A stretch of DNA of 44,370 bases from a virus. The position numbers were made by a program, and so were the translations under genes. The notes under the pieces are model-generated. The model was not told the origin of the DNA, searched no databases, and saw only the letters and a program-made list of their open reading frames with translations. Of the stretch, positions 16,920-25,643 are shown piece by piece. How positions within the stretch are numbered: position 1 is the first letter of the stretch; each line of letters begins with the position of its first letter. Location of the stretch: IMG/VR virus record IMGVR_UViG_3300045988_013117; one strand, written 5' to 3'.

Positions 16920-17147
16920 TTAGATATGCTTCAGAATGTCCAACAGGCCGGTTATTGCCTTGGCGGTTGTTTCCGCCTTCTTGAAGGTGGCCTGTTCCTC
17001 GTCAGTAGGGGTGAACCCTTCCACCGGCTTGAACAGTTCATCGGTTAGGATGGTTTCAAACAGGTGATCAGTGGCCGCTTCCGCCATCAGTTCACAGAAA
17101 TCATCATGCTTTTGGGCATACATGATTACCGCTTCCTTTGCGGCCAT
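16920..17147 (-). CDS. Hypothetical protein (no recognisable SD)
   Basis: A 75-aa ORF. See the homopolymer finding for a possible fusion with the upstream small ORF. Confidence 0.45.
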   Translation of the reverse strand: MAAKEAVIMYAQKHDDFCELMAEAATDHLFETILTDELFKPVEGFTPTDEEQATFKKAETTAKAITGLLDILKHI

Positions 17148-17161
17148 TTTATGAAGGGTAA

Positions 17162-17278
17162 TCAGAAAATCCGGGTCAGCACCGGGCGGGGGGGGATCAG
17201 GTTTGCGGTAACAGTGATCTTGCGGAAAAGGCCCCGCTTTTCCATTTCCTCTTTGAACTGCTTCAGGGAATCACACAT
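17162..17278 (-). CDS. Small 38-aa ORF with a strong GGAGG SD, containing a C8 run on the coding strand
   Basis: Not in the ORF track. GGAGGTAAAGACC precedes the ATG at 17278. Product: MCDSLKQFKEEMEKRGLFRKITVTANLIPPRPVLTRIF. Confidence 0.4.
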   Translation of the reverse strand: MCDSLKQFKEEMEKRGLFRKITVTANLIPPRPVLTRIF

Positions 17279-17290
17279 GGTCTTTACCTC

Positions 17291-17644
17291 CTAAATCTGA
17301 TTGGAAATAATCTTTCCGATTTCTTTCACGGAATGGGCGATCTTTTGACGGTTCACCCGGTTCCCTTGAAGAACTTCCATAATAGCGGCGGCTTCTGTCT
17401 GAATATCCTGAAAGGCTCTGCGGTTGCTGTCCAAGCTGGATTCAAAGGCAACCAAATCAGTATTTACCTTCCGGCTGGTATAATCAGCGGCCTTTTCCGC
17501 TTGCTCCACATGGGTTCTTAACCATTTTGCGGCATCATAGCCCATGCGATCTTCCACCAGTTCAAGGAAATGGCGGAATTCAAACAGTGTGTGAACTGAA
17601 CCATCATTCAGACTGATCACACAAGGACAAGGATCAATCTTCAT
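17291..17644 (-). CDS. Hypothetical protein
   Basis: A 117-aa ORF whose start overlaps the stop of the upstream gene. Confidence 0.5.
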   Translation of the reverse strand: MKIDPCPCVISLNDGSVHTLFEFRHFLELVEDRMGYDAAKWLRTHVEQAEKAADYTSRKVNTDLVAFESSLDSNRRAFQDIQTEAAAIMEVLQGNRVNRQKIAHSVKEIGKIISNQI

Positions 17645-19578
17645 CAGGCATCACGCTTCTTCCGGGTACGCCGGGGCGGGTTCACATCCATCTTGGGTGC
17701 GGGTTCCTCTGCCTTGGGGCGATCCCACAGGGGGCAAGCATCGGGGCCGCCTTCCTTGTGGCAACAATGGGCGGCATCAATGCTGGGGCAAAGAGGGATT
17801 TCCGGGTTGTCCCGGTTCTGCTGGAAAATCCGGTCACCATCCGGGCATTTGGGAAGGCTGGTGGTGTCGGGTTCTGTCTGCTCCACAGGGGCGGAATCAT
17901 CCACTTCACCACCGCCCGGTGTAAATGTACCATTGGGATCATCAACCGCTTCAGGATCAGGGGCCGGGGCTTCTTCTGCTTTGGGCTTTCTTCCCCGTCT
18001 GCTGGGCCGCTGTTCGCCGCTGTCAGCCGTTTCAGGTGCCGGGGTTGCCGGGGTATTGCCGCCGTGTTTCATGGCTCCTGCGGCCCTCTGGTTGGCTTCC
18101 TCATAGACTTCACAGAAGGCTTCATAATCCAGCGGGATTTCCTTGTTGTGAACGGTCAGCCGCCCACCGCCAAAGATAACTTCAGAAGTCTTGAAGGAAA
18201 GCACCCGGTCATTATCATCCGCCACGATCCGGGCCACAAGGTCAACCATACCGGCAACCTTATTGGCAACCTTTTCCCGAAGGTTCGGGCGAATAGAACT
18301 GATCTTGTCACCGCTCTTGCGGGTCAAATCCCGGCTTCTGTCCTCATGGCTGATCAGGATGATGTTTTCATAGTCCAGACTGACCAGCCGCTTGATGGTG
18401 TTCAGGAATTCAGAAGTAACCATATCCCACGCCCGGAAGGAATCATCACTTTCATGCTTCCAGCCCTGCCGATCACAGATATACACCCGGCAAGCCTCAT
18501 AGGTATCTTCCAGAAGGTCAACCACAATGGTTTTGAAGTCGTTCTGTTTCTTCTCCAACTCGGCCACGGCATCAGCAAAGACTTCCCAAGCCAAGTACCG
18601 CTTGGTCAACCGCCCTTCCACCGTCACGGTGTCCCGAATGGCGATATAGGGGGCATCCACAAACTTGATGTTGCCATCCGTGTTCAGCATCAGGGGATCA
18701 GGGAATTGATTGGCAAAGAAGGTCTTGCCGCTGAAGGGTGCGCCGTAAAGCCATACAACCTTCTTTTTGGTGGCGTTCAGGTTACGCCGTTCATTTTTGG
18801 GGAGTAACATATAGTTCCATCCTTTCTCACAGTATTCTTGATATTCACACCAACCGCAAAAGTGGTTAGGGTTCTTGGGGAAATCGGCGGCTTCAACCAT
18901 GTGCTTCACATCGGTTAAAAAGCCAATGATTTTCATGGGGTCATACTGAACAGGCATCAAATATGGTTCAGCTTCTTTCAAAGCGTCCTGCAATCTGTCC
19001 CGAAATTGCATCAGGGTTTCCGTTTTCTTCTGCCTGATCTTCACCTTGGGGACAATCAGGAAATACATATTCCTGATCCGGTGGCCGGGATGGGTCAGTT
19101 CATACCAATACTTGTATTCGTGAAGCTGACCGGAAACGGAATAGCTTTTTCCGTTATTGGAATACTTGAAGTCATACAGATCAAATACTTGAACATTTCC
19201 ACCCCACCGGTTATCAGGATGTTCCGGGGCCATCCATCCAACAGGAACCAGATAATCCATGAACCCGGTGAAATCAGAATCCCCAATGGGAAGTTCAAAG
19301 GTGCCGCCCGGTGGTAATAGGGCCTTTGCCTTTGGGATCATGGCTTCCAACTTCATCATTTCATGAATGTGATCATCCGTCAGAATGGGGAAGCTGGATT
19401 GATAGAAGTCAAGGGCCTGTTCAATCCCTTCTTCAATGCCGGTATGAAGTGCGGTGCCAAGAATCAAGGCATTATCCGGTTCAGTGTCCGGGATGGTGTT
19501 CAGCCCTTCCACATATCGCAAGCGGTATCGGTATGGGCATTTATTAAAGAGATCAACCCGGCTGTGGGAAACTCGCAT
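17644..19578 (-). CDS. Fusion protein: Cas4/RecB-like PD-(D/E)XK nuclease with Fe-S cysteines, plus a Sak4-like P-loop ATPase, plus a Pro/Glu/Cys-rich tail
   Basis: The N-terminus has NKCPYRYRL, DLYDFKY and CGWCEYQEYC. The middle has the Walker A YGAPFSGKT. The C-terminal ~140 aa are low complexity. Confidence 0.75.
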   Translation of the reverse strand: MRVSHSRVDLFNKCPYRYRLRYVEGLNTIPDTEPDNALILGTALHTGIEEGIEQALDFYQSSFPILTDDHIHEMMKLEAMIPKAKALLPPGGTFELPIGDSDFTGFMDYLVPVGWMAPEHPDNRWGGNVQVFDLYDFKYSNNGKSYSVSGQLHEYKYWYELTHPGHRIRNMYFLIVPKVKIRQKKTETLMQFRDRLQDALKEAEPYLMPVQYDPMKIIGFLTDVKHMVEAADFPKNPNHFCGWCEYQEYCEKGWNYMLLPKNERRNLNATKKKVVWLYGAPFSGKTFFANQFPDPLMLNTDGNIKFVDAPYIAIRDTVTVEGRLTKRYLAWEVFADAVAELEKKQNDFKTIVVDLLEDTYEACRVYICDRQGWKHESDDSFRAWDMVTSEFLNTIKRLVSLDYENIILISHEDRSRDLTRKSGDKISSIRPNLREKVANKVAGMVDLVARIVADDNDRVLSFKTSEVIFGGGRLTVHNKEIPLDYEAFCEVYEEANQRAAGAMKHGGNTPATPAPETADSGEQRPSRRGRKPKAEEAPAPDPEAVDDPNGTFTPGGGEVDDSAPVEQTEPDTTSLPKCPDGDRIFQQNRDNPEIPLCPSIDAAHCCHKEGGPDACPLWDRPKAEEPAPKMDVNPPRRTRKKRDA

Positions 19579-19916
19579 TGTTTCACCCCTTTCACAATTT
19601 TTTTAAAGGTTTCAAAGCCTTCCGGGTACAGGATGAAGCCAAAGCAACCGGAATTATTGATTTGGGCCAGATTGCGCTTCTGAAGTTCTGAAGGGGTGCC
19701 GTTGGTGGCTTTCAGTTCAACTTCAAGAGTGATCCCCTTCACAACAATCTTCATATCAGGAAGGCCGCTTTTCACATACCTTCCGCCGCCCCAACGCTTT
19801 TCCCAATACCCACAGGGTGGGGTTCCCATCCGGTCAACTGGTTCCCCCAAGGGATAAACCCCTTCACTTTTCAACCACTCCTTCAGACGGTTTTCAAAGT
19901 TTTTTTCACCGGCCAC
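19500..19916 (-). CDS. VRR-NUC / Holliday-junction-resolvase-like nuclease
   Basis: The motif GLPDMKIVVKGITLEVELKATNGTPSELQ fits a PD...ExK core. Its 3' end overlaps the next gene by 79 nt. Confidence 0.65.
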   Translation of the reverse strand: MAGEKNFENRLKEWLKSEGVYPLGEPVDRMGTPPCGYWEKRWGGGRYVKSGLPDMKIVVKGITLEVELKATNGTPSELQKRNLAQINNSGCFGFILYPEGFETFKKIVKGVKQCEFPTAGLISLINAHTDTACDMWKG

Positions 19917-19919
19917 GCT

Positions 19920-20204
19920 TCATCCCTCCAACAACTTAATCAGGTTGTGAATTCCACGGGTTTGAAGGCCCTGAATTTTGCCGGTTCCGGCATAGAACTG
20001 AAACAGTTGATCATCAGACTTCCGCCAGCAATGGAAATGGCCGGTCTGCGGGTTCTTCAACTGGTATTCAATCCCGTGGGCTTCAAATTGCTGGATAGCA
20101 TAAGCGATCCGATCAGGGTTCTTGGAAACCCGTTCTTGGTGGTTCCGGTGGGCGTGTTCCTTCAGGGCATCCCAAAATTCATCCCTTGGCATCATCTTCA
20201 CCAC
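19920..20204 (-). CDS. Hypothetical protein
   Basis: A 94-aa ORF within the operon. Confidence 0.5.
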   Translation of the reverse strand: MVKMMPRDEFWDALKEHAHRNHQERVSKNPDRIAYAIQQFEAHGIEYQLKNPQTGHFHCWRKSDDQLFQFYAGTGKIQGLQTRGIHNLIKLLEG

Positions 20205-20646
20205 CCTTCAGGGTGATCTTCACATAACCGGCCTTGGCGCTGGATTTGGAGCATTCCGCCGCAATAGCGGGGTATTTCTTCTTCAGTTTGACGGAATCAA
20301 TTCCGGTAGTCGTGGTGGGTTCAACCAAAGTCAGGTTCAACACATCACTTTCAAACTTCTTGATCCCAAACTTCACCATAGCATCATACAAGGCCGCTTT
20401 CATGGTCTTTTCTTGCTCCTCAATGGCCTTTTTGTGGGCTGTCAGGGAAGCAATGGCGTTCAGGGTGGCAAGCTGGGATTGCTGGAATTCCTGAAGGCTG
20501 GTTTCTTCATCAAAGGTTGCAGTCCCACATTTATCAGGATGTTCCGAACAGGCATCGGGGCAAGTGTGGAAGCTGGGGCATTTATGGCAACACCCATCAA
20601 ACTTCCCCAAGGGACAGGGGTTTTCACATTTGATCATTGTTTGCAC
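20179..20646 (-). CDS. Hypothetical protein with Cys-rich N-terminus (CENPCPLGKFDGCCHKCPSFHTCPDAC)
   Basis: A 155-aa ORF with a Cys cluster followed by a helical region. Confidence 0.5.
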   Translation of the reverse strand: MQTMIKCENPCPLGKFDGCCHKCPSFHTCPDACSEHPDKCGTATFDEETSLQEFQQSQLATLNAIASLTAHKKAIEEQEKTMKAALYDAMVKFGIKKFESDVLNLTLVEPTTTTGIDSVKLKKKYPAIAAECSKSSAKAGYVKITLKGGEDDAKG

Positions 20647-21205
20647 CTTCTTTCAAATAAACATCATGATACTGAAGCCCAAATTCACGGGCCGCTTCAT
20701 GATCATCAAAGTAAATGTCAATCAGGTTTTCCCCATACTTATCAACCACCCATGAAGAAGTTCTGTCCTGAACTATGTAGGTTCCAACCCCTTCAATTTC
20801 CACAACAGTTCCAAAGGGTAGCGGGGAAGCACAGGAAACGCCGGCAACCAGTTCTTCACCGGAAGCGCCATAAACAATTCCATCAGGCCGGTTTTCAGCC
20901 CACTTACCGCAACAGATTTCACAAGAACAATAGGCGGTGATCCTGAATTCTCCTAAATATTCCGGTTCCGGCTCCACAGTAACTTCCGGCATAGGGATCA
21001 CAGATTGGGTGGGCTGAACTTCAGTGGATTGGGAAGGCTCTTGGTTCGGCTCCACCTTCACCCCATCAAAGGCAAGCGCCGTAAGCCGCCCAAGGATGAA
21101 CCCAACCACCAGCCCAAACAGAAGGGCAACGGTGAACATCCGTCTGAACCATCTGTTCCTTTTAGCCTTTTGGGTGGCTATCCTCGTATTTTCTGAACAG
21201 TTCAT
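20624..21205 (-). CDS. Membrane-anchored 3D-domain protein (MltA/RlpA-like cell-wall-binding or lytic domain)
   Basis: It has an N-terminal TM segment (FTVALLFGLVVGFILG) and a C-terminal FRITAYCSCEICCGKW...G.YIVQDR motif. Confidence 0.7.
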   Translation of the reverse strand: MNCSENTRIATQKAKRNRWFRRMFTVALLFGLVVGFILGRLTALAFDGVKVEPNQEPSQSTEVQPTQSVIPMPEVTVEPEPEYLGEFRITAYCSCEICCGKWAENRPDGIVYGASGEELVAGVSCASPLPFGTVVEIEGVGTYIVQDRTSSWVVDKYGENLIDIYFDDHEAAREFGLQYHDVYLKEGANNDQM

Positions 21206-22511
21206 CGTTGTAATCCTTTCTCATTTGCAAAGTGGAATATATATCTTCTTCCACGGTTCCGGGGCAAATCATCCAGTAATAGAAACATGGGCGATCTTGA
21301 CCAATGCGGTGAATCCGCTTTTGGGATTGCTCCCACAGTTCCCACCCTTGGGGAAGGCTGAAATAGATGATCTTATTGGCCTTCTGGAAGTTTCCACCCA
21401 TAGCCCCGGCTTGATATTGAATGAAGGTCACAGAATTGGAATGGAAGTTATAGGCCCCCAAATCCTTGACTTCACCAGACAGGATAGAAACAGGGCGGTT
21501 CATAGCCTTCACAATCCCTTTCATGCGCTCCATTTCTTCTGTAAAGTTATAGAACACAAGTAAGCGATCTTCCGTACTTTCCACCAGTTCCCGGAAAGCC
21601 TTATACCGGCTCGGATTATATAGGCCGCAAAGCTGACGGGCATACAAGCGGCGGGTCAAGCTGGTGTCACCAATCAATTCCCGCTCATAGCTTTCATTGG
21701 AACCCCAAAAATCTGAATCAAGTTCAAATTCTTGAAGGGTAGCGGTGTTTATGCTGATCACTCGATCCTTCCAGAACTTCCAATATTCCTTTGCTGGGGG
21801 CGTTCTGACCGGGATCATGGTTCTTTCAGGAAGGTAAATCCCGGCATCATCAGTGGTCATAAACACGGCCCCATGTTCGGCCAGCTTCTTCTTCAGACGA
21901 TCAACATTTTTATAGCCGATGATCTTCTGCCGCCAAAACCCATCATCTTCAACCCATTCCGTTTGAATGTACTGCTTCCAGAACAATTCCTTGGATATGC
22001 CCCACCCCAAAAGTTGGCATTGGCTCCACAGCTTTTCATATTTGCCGCCGGTGGGAGTACCAGAAAGAAGAATCACATTTTCAGGGTTCAAGGAAAGAAT
22101 GAACTTTGAACGCTTGGCGGTTTCGTTCTGGATCAGTGAACTTTCATCAAGCATCAGCGTAAACCCGGAAAGGGTTTTCAAAATCTTCCGTCTGAAGGTC
22201 AGTTCATAGTTGATCACGCCGATCATCAAAGTGGGAACTTCATGCTGAACCTGTTCCATGAACCATTTGAAGGTTTTTGGTTTGGTCAGATCAAAAACAC
22301 AGTTCCGGGTGTAATAGGTTTGAAAATGTTCAATCCAATCAGGAACCTTTGAACACTGACACACCACCAGATTGATCCGGGTGTTCAACTTCTTCATCTT
22401 TTCTGAACCAACAAAGGTTTTCCCAAGGCCCATATCAAGATAATAGGCGCATCGGTTATGGCCTTCTGTCTGGTCAAGGGCCTGTTGCTGGTGCTGGAAC
22501 AGCGTAATCAT
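21162..22511 (-). CDS. SNF2-family helicase
   Basis: Motifs seen: Walker A-like MGLGKT, DESS box (LMLDESSLIQN), and C-terminal helicase motifs (QKRIHRIGQ). Confidence 0.85.
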   Translation of the reverse strand: MITLFQHQQQALDQTEGHNRCAYYLDMGLGKTFVGSEKMKKLNTRINLVVCQCSKVPDWIEHFQTYYTRNCVFDLTKPKTFKWFMEQVQHEVPTLMIGVINYELTFRRKILKTLSGFTLMLDESSLIQNETAKRSKFILSLNPENVILLSGTPTGGKYEKLWSQCQLLGWGISKELFWKQYIQTEWVEDDGFWRQKIIGYKNVDRLKKKLAEHGAVFMTTDDAGIYLPERTMIPVRTPPAKEYWKFWKDRVISINTATLQEFELDSDFWGSNESYERELIGDTSLTRRLYARQLCGLYNPSRYKAFRELVESTEDRLLVFYNFTEEMERMKGIVKAMNRPVSILSGEVKDLGAYNFHSNSVTFIQYQAGAMGGNFQKANKIIYFSLPQGWELWEQSQKRIHRIGQDRPCFYYWMICPGTVEEDIYSTLQMRKDYNDELFRKYEDSHPKG

Positions 22512-22885
22512 AAGGCTTCAGGCGCTTCAATCATGGAAAGGTAGTTTTCCACATTTACGCCACGGGAAAGAAGTTCAGCTTTCAGCGCCATTCCCAAGGG
22601 GCTGTTCAGCGCATAGGCGCTAATCTGTTCGGGCGTCATGGAAGTGATGTTGAACAAAGATTGTTTCACCATTCCAGAATGACCAACCCCGAAGGGATCA
22701 AAGGGGCAACAATCAGGGGTTGCTTCAATATCACGAACCACCATAGCCACCACCACGGCGGGGCGGTTCTTCAGCATCTTCACAGTATTCAACAGGTGAT
22801 CAGTTTCCATTTCCACGGGGCGGAAAGCCTGTCCACCGGCTCCAATCCACAGGTTCCCTTCAAAACGGGTTTTCATGTGCATCAT
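22508..22885 (-). CDS. Hypothetical protein
   Basis: A 125-aa ORF that overlaps its neighbour by 4 nt. Confidence 0.5.
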   Translation of the reverse strand: MMHMKTRFEGNLWIGAGGQAFRPVEMETDHLLNTVKMLKNRPAVVVAMVVRDIEATPDCCPFDPFGVGHSGMVKQSLFNITSMTPEQISAYALNSPLGMALKAELLSRGVNVENYLSMIEAPEAL

Positions 22886-22892
22886 CCTTTCT

Positions 22893-23336
22893 TTAGGCGG
22901 TCAGTCCAAAGAAGCTGTTGAACGCTTCAGCGCCCACATACTCCCTGAACTTGGTGGGGTTAATGTAATAGTTCCAGTTGTTCCCGGTTCCGGGAACCGC
23001 ATTGCCAAAGGGGAGAAGGCCACGCTGAAGGCCGATCCGCACAAACTGATCAGATTTGCCCATACACCGGGCCGCTTCCCTTATGGTGATCTTCTTCACC
23101 GGGGGCGGGGCATCCTTAACCGGTGCGCCGCCATAGCCCATCAGGAATTCAAAGGTTGTGCCGGTGGCATCGGCCAAAGCCTTCACCCGCTCCGGGCCGG
23201 GGGTGTTCTTCCCGGAAAGATACTGACTGATTGCGGCCTTGGAAGCCCCGGCCTTTTCAGAAAGGGCGGATTGGCTCATATCGGCCTGTTCCATAGCGTA
23301 CTTCAAACGCTCTGCAAAAGTGGCATTCATGGTCAT
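22893..23336 (-). CDS. XRE-family HTH DNA-binding protein
   Basis: The N-terminal segment FAERLKYAMEQADMSQSALSEKAGASKAAISQYLSGKNTP is a typical HTH_3. Confidence 0.7.
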   Translation of the reverse strand: MTMNATFAERLKYAMEQADMSQSALSEKAGASKAAISQYLSGKNTPGPERVKALADATGTTFEFLMGYGGAPVKDAPPPVKKITIREAARCMGKSDQFVRIGLQRGLLPFGNAVPGTGNNWNYYINPTKFREYVGAEAFNSFFGLTA

Positions 23337-23342
23337 AACCTC

Positions 23343-24200
23343 CTATTTGTTTTGTGGGAATCCAGCTTCTTCAAGCCGTTTCCGAAGTTCAGACATAAAT
23401 TCACGGGTTCGATTGATTGGAAGGCCAGCGGCAAGCCGTTCTTCTTCAAAGGAAAAACGGATTTCCAGTTCATCAACCGAATAATCAGCCCGGAAAGTTC
23501 GCCAAGTTTGGTGTTCCATATCCAATAACTTTGCCCACAGATCAGGGAAATGTTTTCGTAATTGTCGCAATTCTCGAAGGCTCTGTAACGGGCAACACCA
23601 ACAGGAAACTCTGTGGAAAATCTCATACAAGCCGCCCCAATCAAAGCTGTGATCATAGCAATATTTCAGGCAATCGGCTTCCGTCCATCCCCATTCCATA
23701 AGAGGATATTTGAAAGATTCATTCCGGTTATTATCTCGGTACAAGCGGTGTTCCTCACCTTTGGCAAAACCAATTATTGAAACAAGATGGTAATGTTGGG
23801 CTAACCGGTTTTTGTATGTATCAAGCAAGGCCGTTTTTAATAGCCCGGTACACCACCGACACCTTGGGCCGGGCCATCCAGCGCCCAATCTTCCATCTTT
23901 TCGGGGTCTTTCAAACATGATTTCCTCAAAGGATTTTTCAGATTTTAACCGTGTGAACTTGATCCCGGCTTCCGTGAAAATCTGTTCAAGGCGGTTGATA
24001 TGATCAACCATTGCGGGAAACTCCATTCCAGTGTCACAATAAATGACTTCATGCAACGGATATGTAATAGGGTCTTTCTTATGGCGGTTCAGCCATTCAA
24101 GGCCAAGGGCGGTGGAATCCTTACCGCCTGAAAGGGATAGCACCCAATATTCCGGTAGCCCCCCCCCGTTACCGGGACGGGACAGGGAAGGCTTCTTCAT
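23343..24200 (-). CDS. PAPS-reductase-like PP-loop ATPase family protein
   Basis: It carries the PP-loop SLSGGKDS and a C-terminal CWCCP. The start is set at MKKPSLS (24200), preceded by GGGAGGG. The upstream extension overlaps the preceding gene. Confidence 0.8.
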   Translation of the reverse strand: MKKPSLSRPGNGGGLPEYWVLSLSGGKDSTALGLEWLNRHKKDPITYPLHEVIYCDTGMEFPAMVDHINRLEQIFTEAGIKFTRLKSEKSFEEIMFERPRKDGRLGAGWPGPRCRWCTGLLKTALLDTYKNRLAQHYHLVSIIGFAKGEEHRLYRDNNRNESFKYPLMEWGWTEADCLKYCYDHSFDWGGLYEIFHRVSCWCCPLQSLRELRQLRKHFPDLWAKLLDMEHQTWRTFRADYSVDELEIRFSFEEERLAAGLPINRTREFMSELRKRLEEAGFPQNK

Positions 24201-24204
24201 CGGT

Positions 24205-24573
24205 TCAGCCCTCCCAATACTGATCAACCAGCTTATGGGCCAGTTCCGGGCCAAGTGTCTGAACCCAATCTTTTCGGGCTTGCTTGGCTTCATCTTCCTT
24301 TTCGGCTTGTTCCGCCACATAATCCCGGTTCAAGGTGTCCGGGTGATAGTAGCGGACAATGGGGGTTCCCCCGTCCACATTGGAAATGGTCAGCTTGATC
24401 CGGCCATTGTGATTAAACCAATCATTTTCACACCGGATTTCCAGCCCTTCAGGGCCGGTGGAAGCCTTGAAAATCGCCACATCAGACGGGGTGGCTTCCT
24501 GCTTGATGTTCAACCGGGGGTGAATCCGGCTGATCAGTTCCCAAGCCTTCCGCTTGGTCAGCTTCACATTCAT
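24205..24573 (-). CDS. Hypothetical protein
   Basis: A 122-aa ORF with an AAGGAGG SD upstream of the ATG. Confidence 0.55.
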   Translation of the reverse strand: MNVKLTKRKAWELISRIHPRLNIKQEATPSDVAIFKASTGPEGLEIRCENDWFNHNGRIKLTISNVDGGTPIVRYYHPDTLNRDYVAEQAEKEDEAKQARKDWVQTLGPELAHKLVDQYWEG

Positions 24574-24589
24574 TGAACTTCAAACCTCC

Positions 24590-24748
24590 TTACTTCAAAC
24601 GCTTCAGGTAATGCCCCTGATCATCCTTACCAACCGTATAGCGGGAACCGGGGAACTGCTGTTCCAGCATGATCTTCCGCTTCATGGCATCGGCATGGGT
24701 ATTGATCCCGCTCCGGGATTTCAACCCCACAAACAAATTGAAAATCAT
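24590..24748 (-). CDS. Small 52-aa hypothetical ORF
   Basis: Not in the ORF track. It exactly fills the gap between the two neighbouring genes. Product: MIFNLFVGLKSRSGINTHADAMKRKIMLEQQFPGSRYTVGKDDQGHYLKRLK. Confidence 0.35.
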   Translation of the reverse strand: MIFNLFVGLKSRSGINTHADAMKRKIMLEQQFPGSRYTVGKDDQGHYLKRLK

Positions 24749-25363
24749 TTAGCATTCCTCCTGAAACTCACAGTCACAGTCCGCACAGATCACACGAACT
24801 TCTTTTGTGGCTCTGATAATGGCCCCGCAACAGGGGCAAACATACTTCCGGGAACTCGAACCGCCCTTACTGGAACCCTTCAACCCAAGGGGCCGTGGTC
24901 TTACAAGGGTGAAACCCTGTTTTCCAAGGCTCTGAACAAATTCAAGGGCTTCCGGGGAAAGTGTGGTTTTATACCATCCGTACTTTTCACCCTTCTCCAC
25001 CGTCAGCCCGTGGGCTTCAGCGGTTTCCTTGAACTTCTTGTTGTGGTAGGTTCCAGAACGGGAAGTGTCCTGAACACCGTCCTGAAGGTTCTGAAGATGA
25101 ACCATTTCATGAATCAGGGTTCCACAAGTTTCTTCAAAGGGGCGGTTCAGATATTCGGCACACAGATTGATTTCATAGTGGCCTTCATCTTCCCCGGCCT
25201 TCCAAGCCTTCCAGCCGGTACACCATCCATAGGCCCCACGGGTATGATCCGGGGAAACAGTGATCACGGGCTTTTCCAACCCACCATCAAAGAAGCGGGT
25301 GTTGAACTTTGAAAACAAATTTTCAAGTTCTTCAATGACCGGTTTCAGGCTTACTTCATTCAT
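24749..25363 (-). CDS. SprT-like zinc metalloprotease domain protein with C-terminal zinc ribbon
   Basis: It carries HEMVH (LIHEMVHLQN) and a C-terminal CPCCG...CADCDC. Confidence 0.75.
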   Translation of the reverse strand: MNEVSLKPVIEELENLFSKFNTRFFDGGLEKPVITVSPDHTRGAYGWCTGWKAWKAGEDEGHYEINLCAEYLNRPFEETCGTLIHEMVHLQNLQDGVQDTSRSGTYHNKKFKETAEAHGLTVEKGEKYGWYKTTLSPEALEFVQSLGKQGFTLVRPRPLGLKGSSKGGSSSRKYVCPCCGAIIRATKEVRVICADCDCEFQEEC

Positions 25364-25380
25364 GGCTCATTCCTCCGCTG

Positions 25381-25396
25381 TGTCTTTTAGGACACT
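25381..25396. promoter_or_regulatory. 16-bp palindromic operator-like site GTGTCTTTTAGGACAC
   Basis: The same motif as at 16380 and 25623. It overlaps the last codons of the cro-like gene. The flanking TTTT..GTAAAAAAA is also shared with the 16380 copy. Confidence 0.45.
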
Positions 25397-25596
25397 TTTT
25401 CAGTAAAAAAAATTCCCATAGGGCTTTTCAGATCCAGAATGTCAACGATCTTCTGAATCTCGCTTTGGGTGAACTCCGATTCACCATTGCACTTGCGATA
25501 GAAGGCAGATCGGGAAATCCCAAGCATGGCACACATATCGGATTTGCTGATGTTGTGCTTCATCATTTCATATTCCAGCCGTGCCTTATCCATCAT
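25387..25596 (-). CDS. Cro-like HTH regulator
   Basis: A 69-aa ORF, the first gene of the minus-strand early operon and divergent from the repressor. HTH: SKSDMCAMLGISRSAFYRKCNG. Confidence 0.7.
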   Translation of the reverse strand: MMDKARLEYEMMKHNISKSDMCAMLGISRSAFYRKCNGESEFTQSEIQKIVDILDLKSPMGIFFTEKVS

Positions 25597-25622
25597 TTCA
25601 CTTCCTTCCTGTCTGCTTGGTT

Positions 25623-25638
25623 GTGTCGTTTAGGACAC
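25623..25638. promoter_or_regulatory. 16-bp operator GTGTCGTTTAGGACAC at the early (PR-like) promoter
   Basis: It lies 5 nt downstream of the -10 of the TTGACA-16-TATTAT promoter. Confidence 0.55.
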
Positions 25639-25643
25639 TTTCA

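Noticed and set aside
24201-24320. An upstream 40-codon extension of the PAPS-reductase-like ORF. The same logic applies to the extensions 9225..9284 (terL), 37438..37521 (XkdS-like) and 32348..32446 (RT).
   Set aside because: The extensions overlap the preceding genes or, for the RT, the DGR spacer. Internal starts with SD sequences fit the compact operon structure better. The RT start remains the least certain of these.
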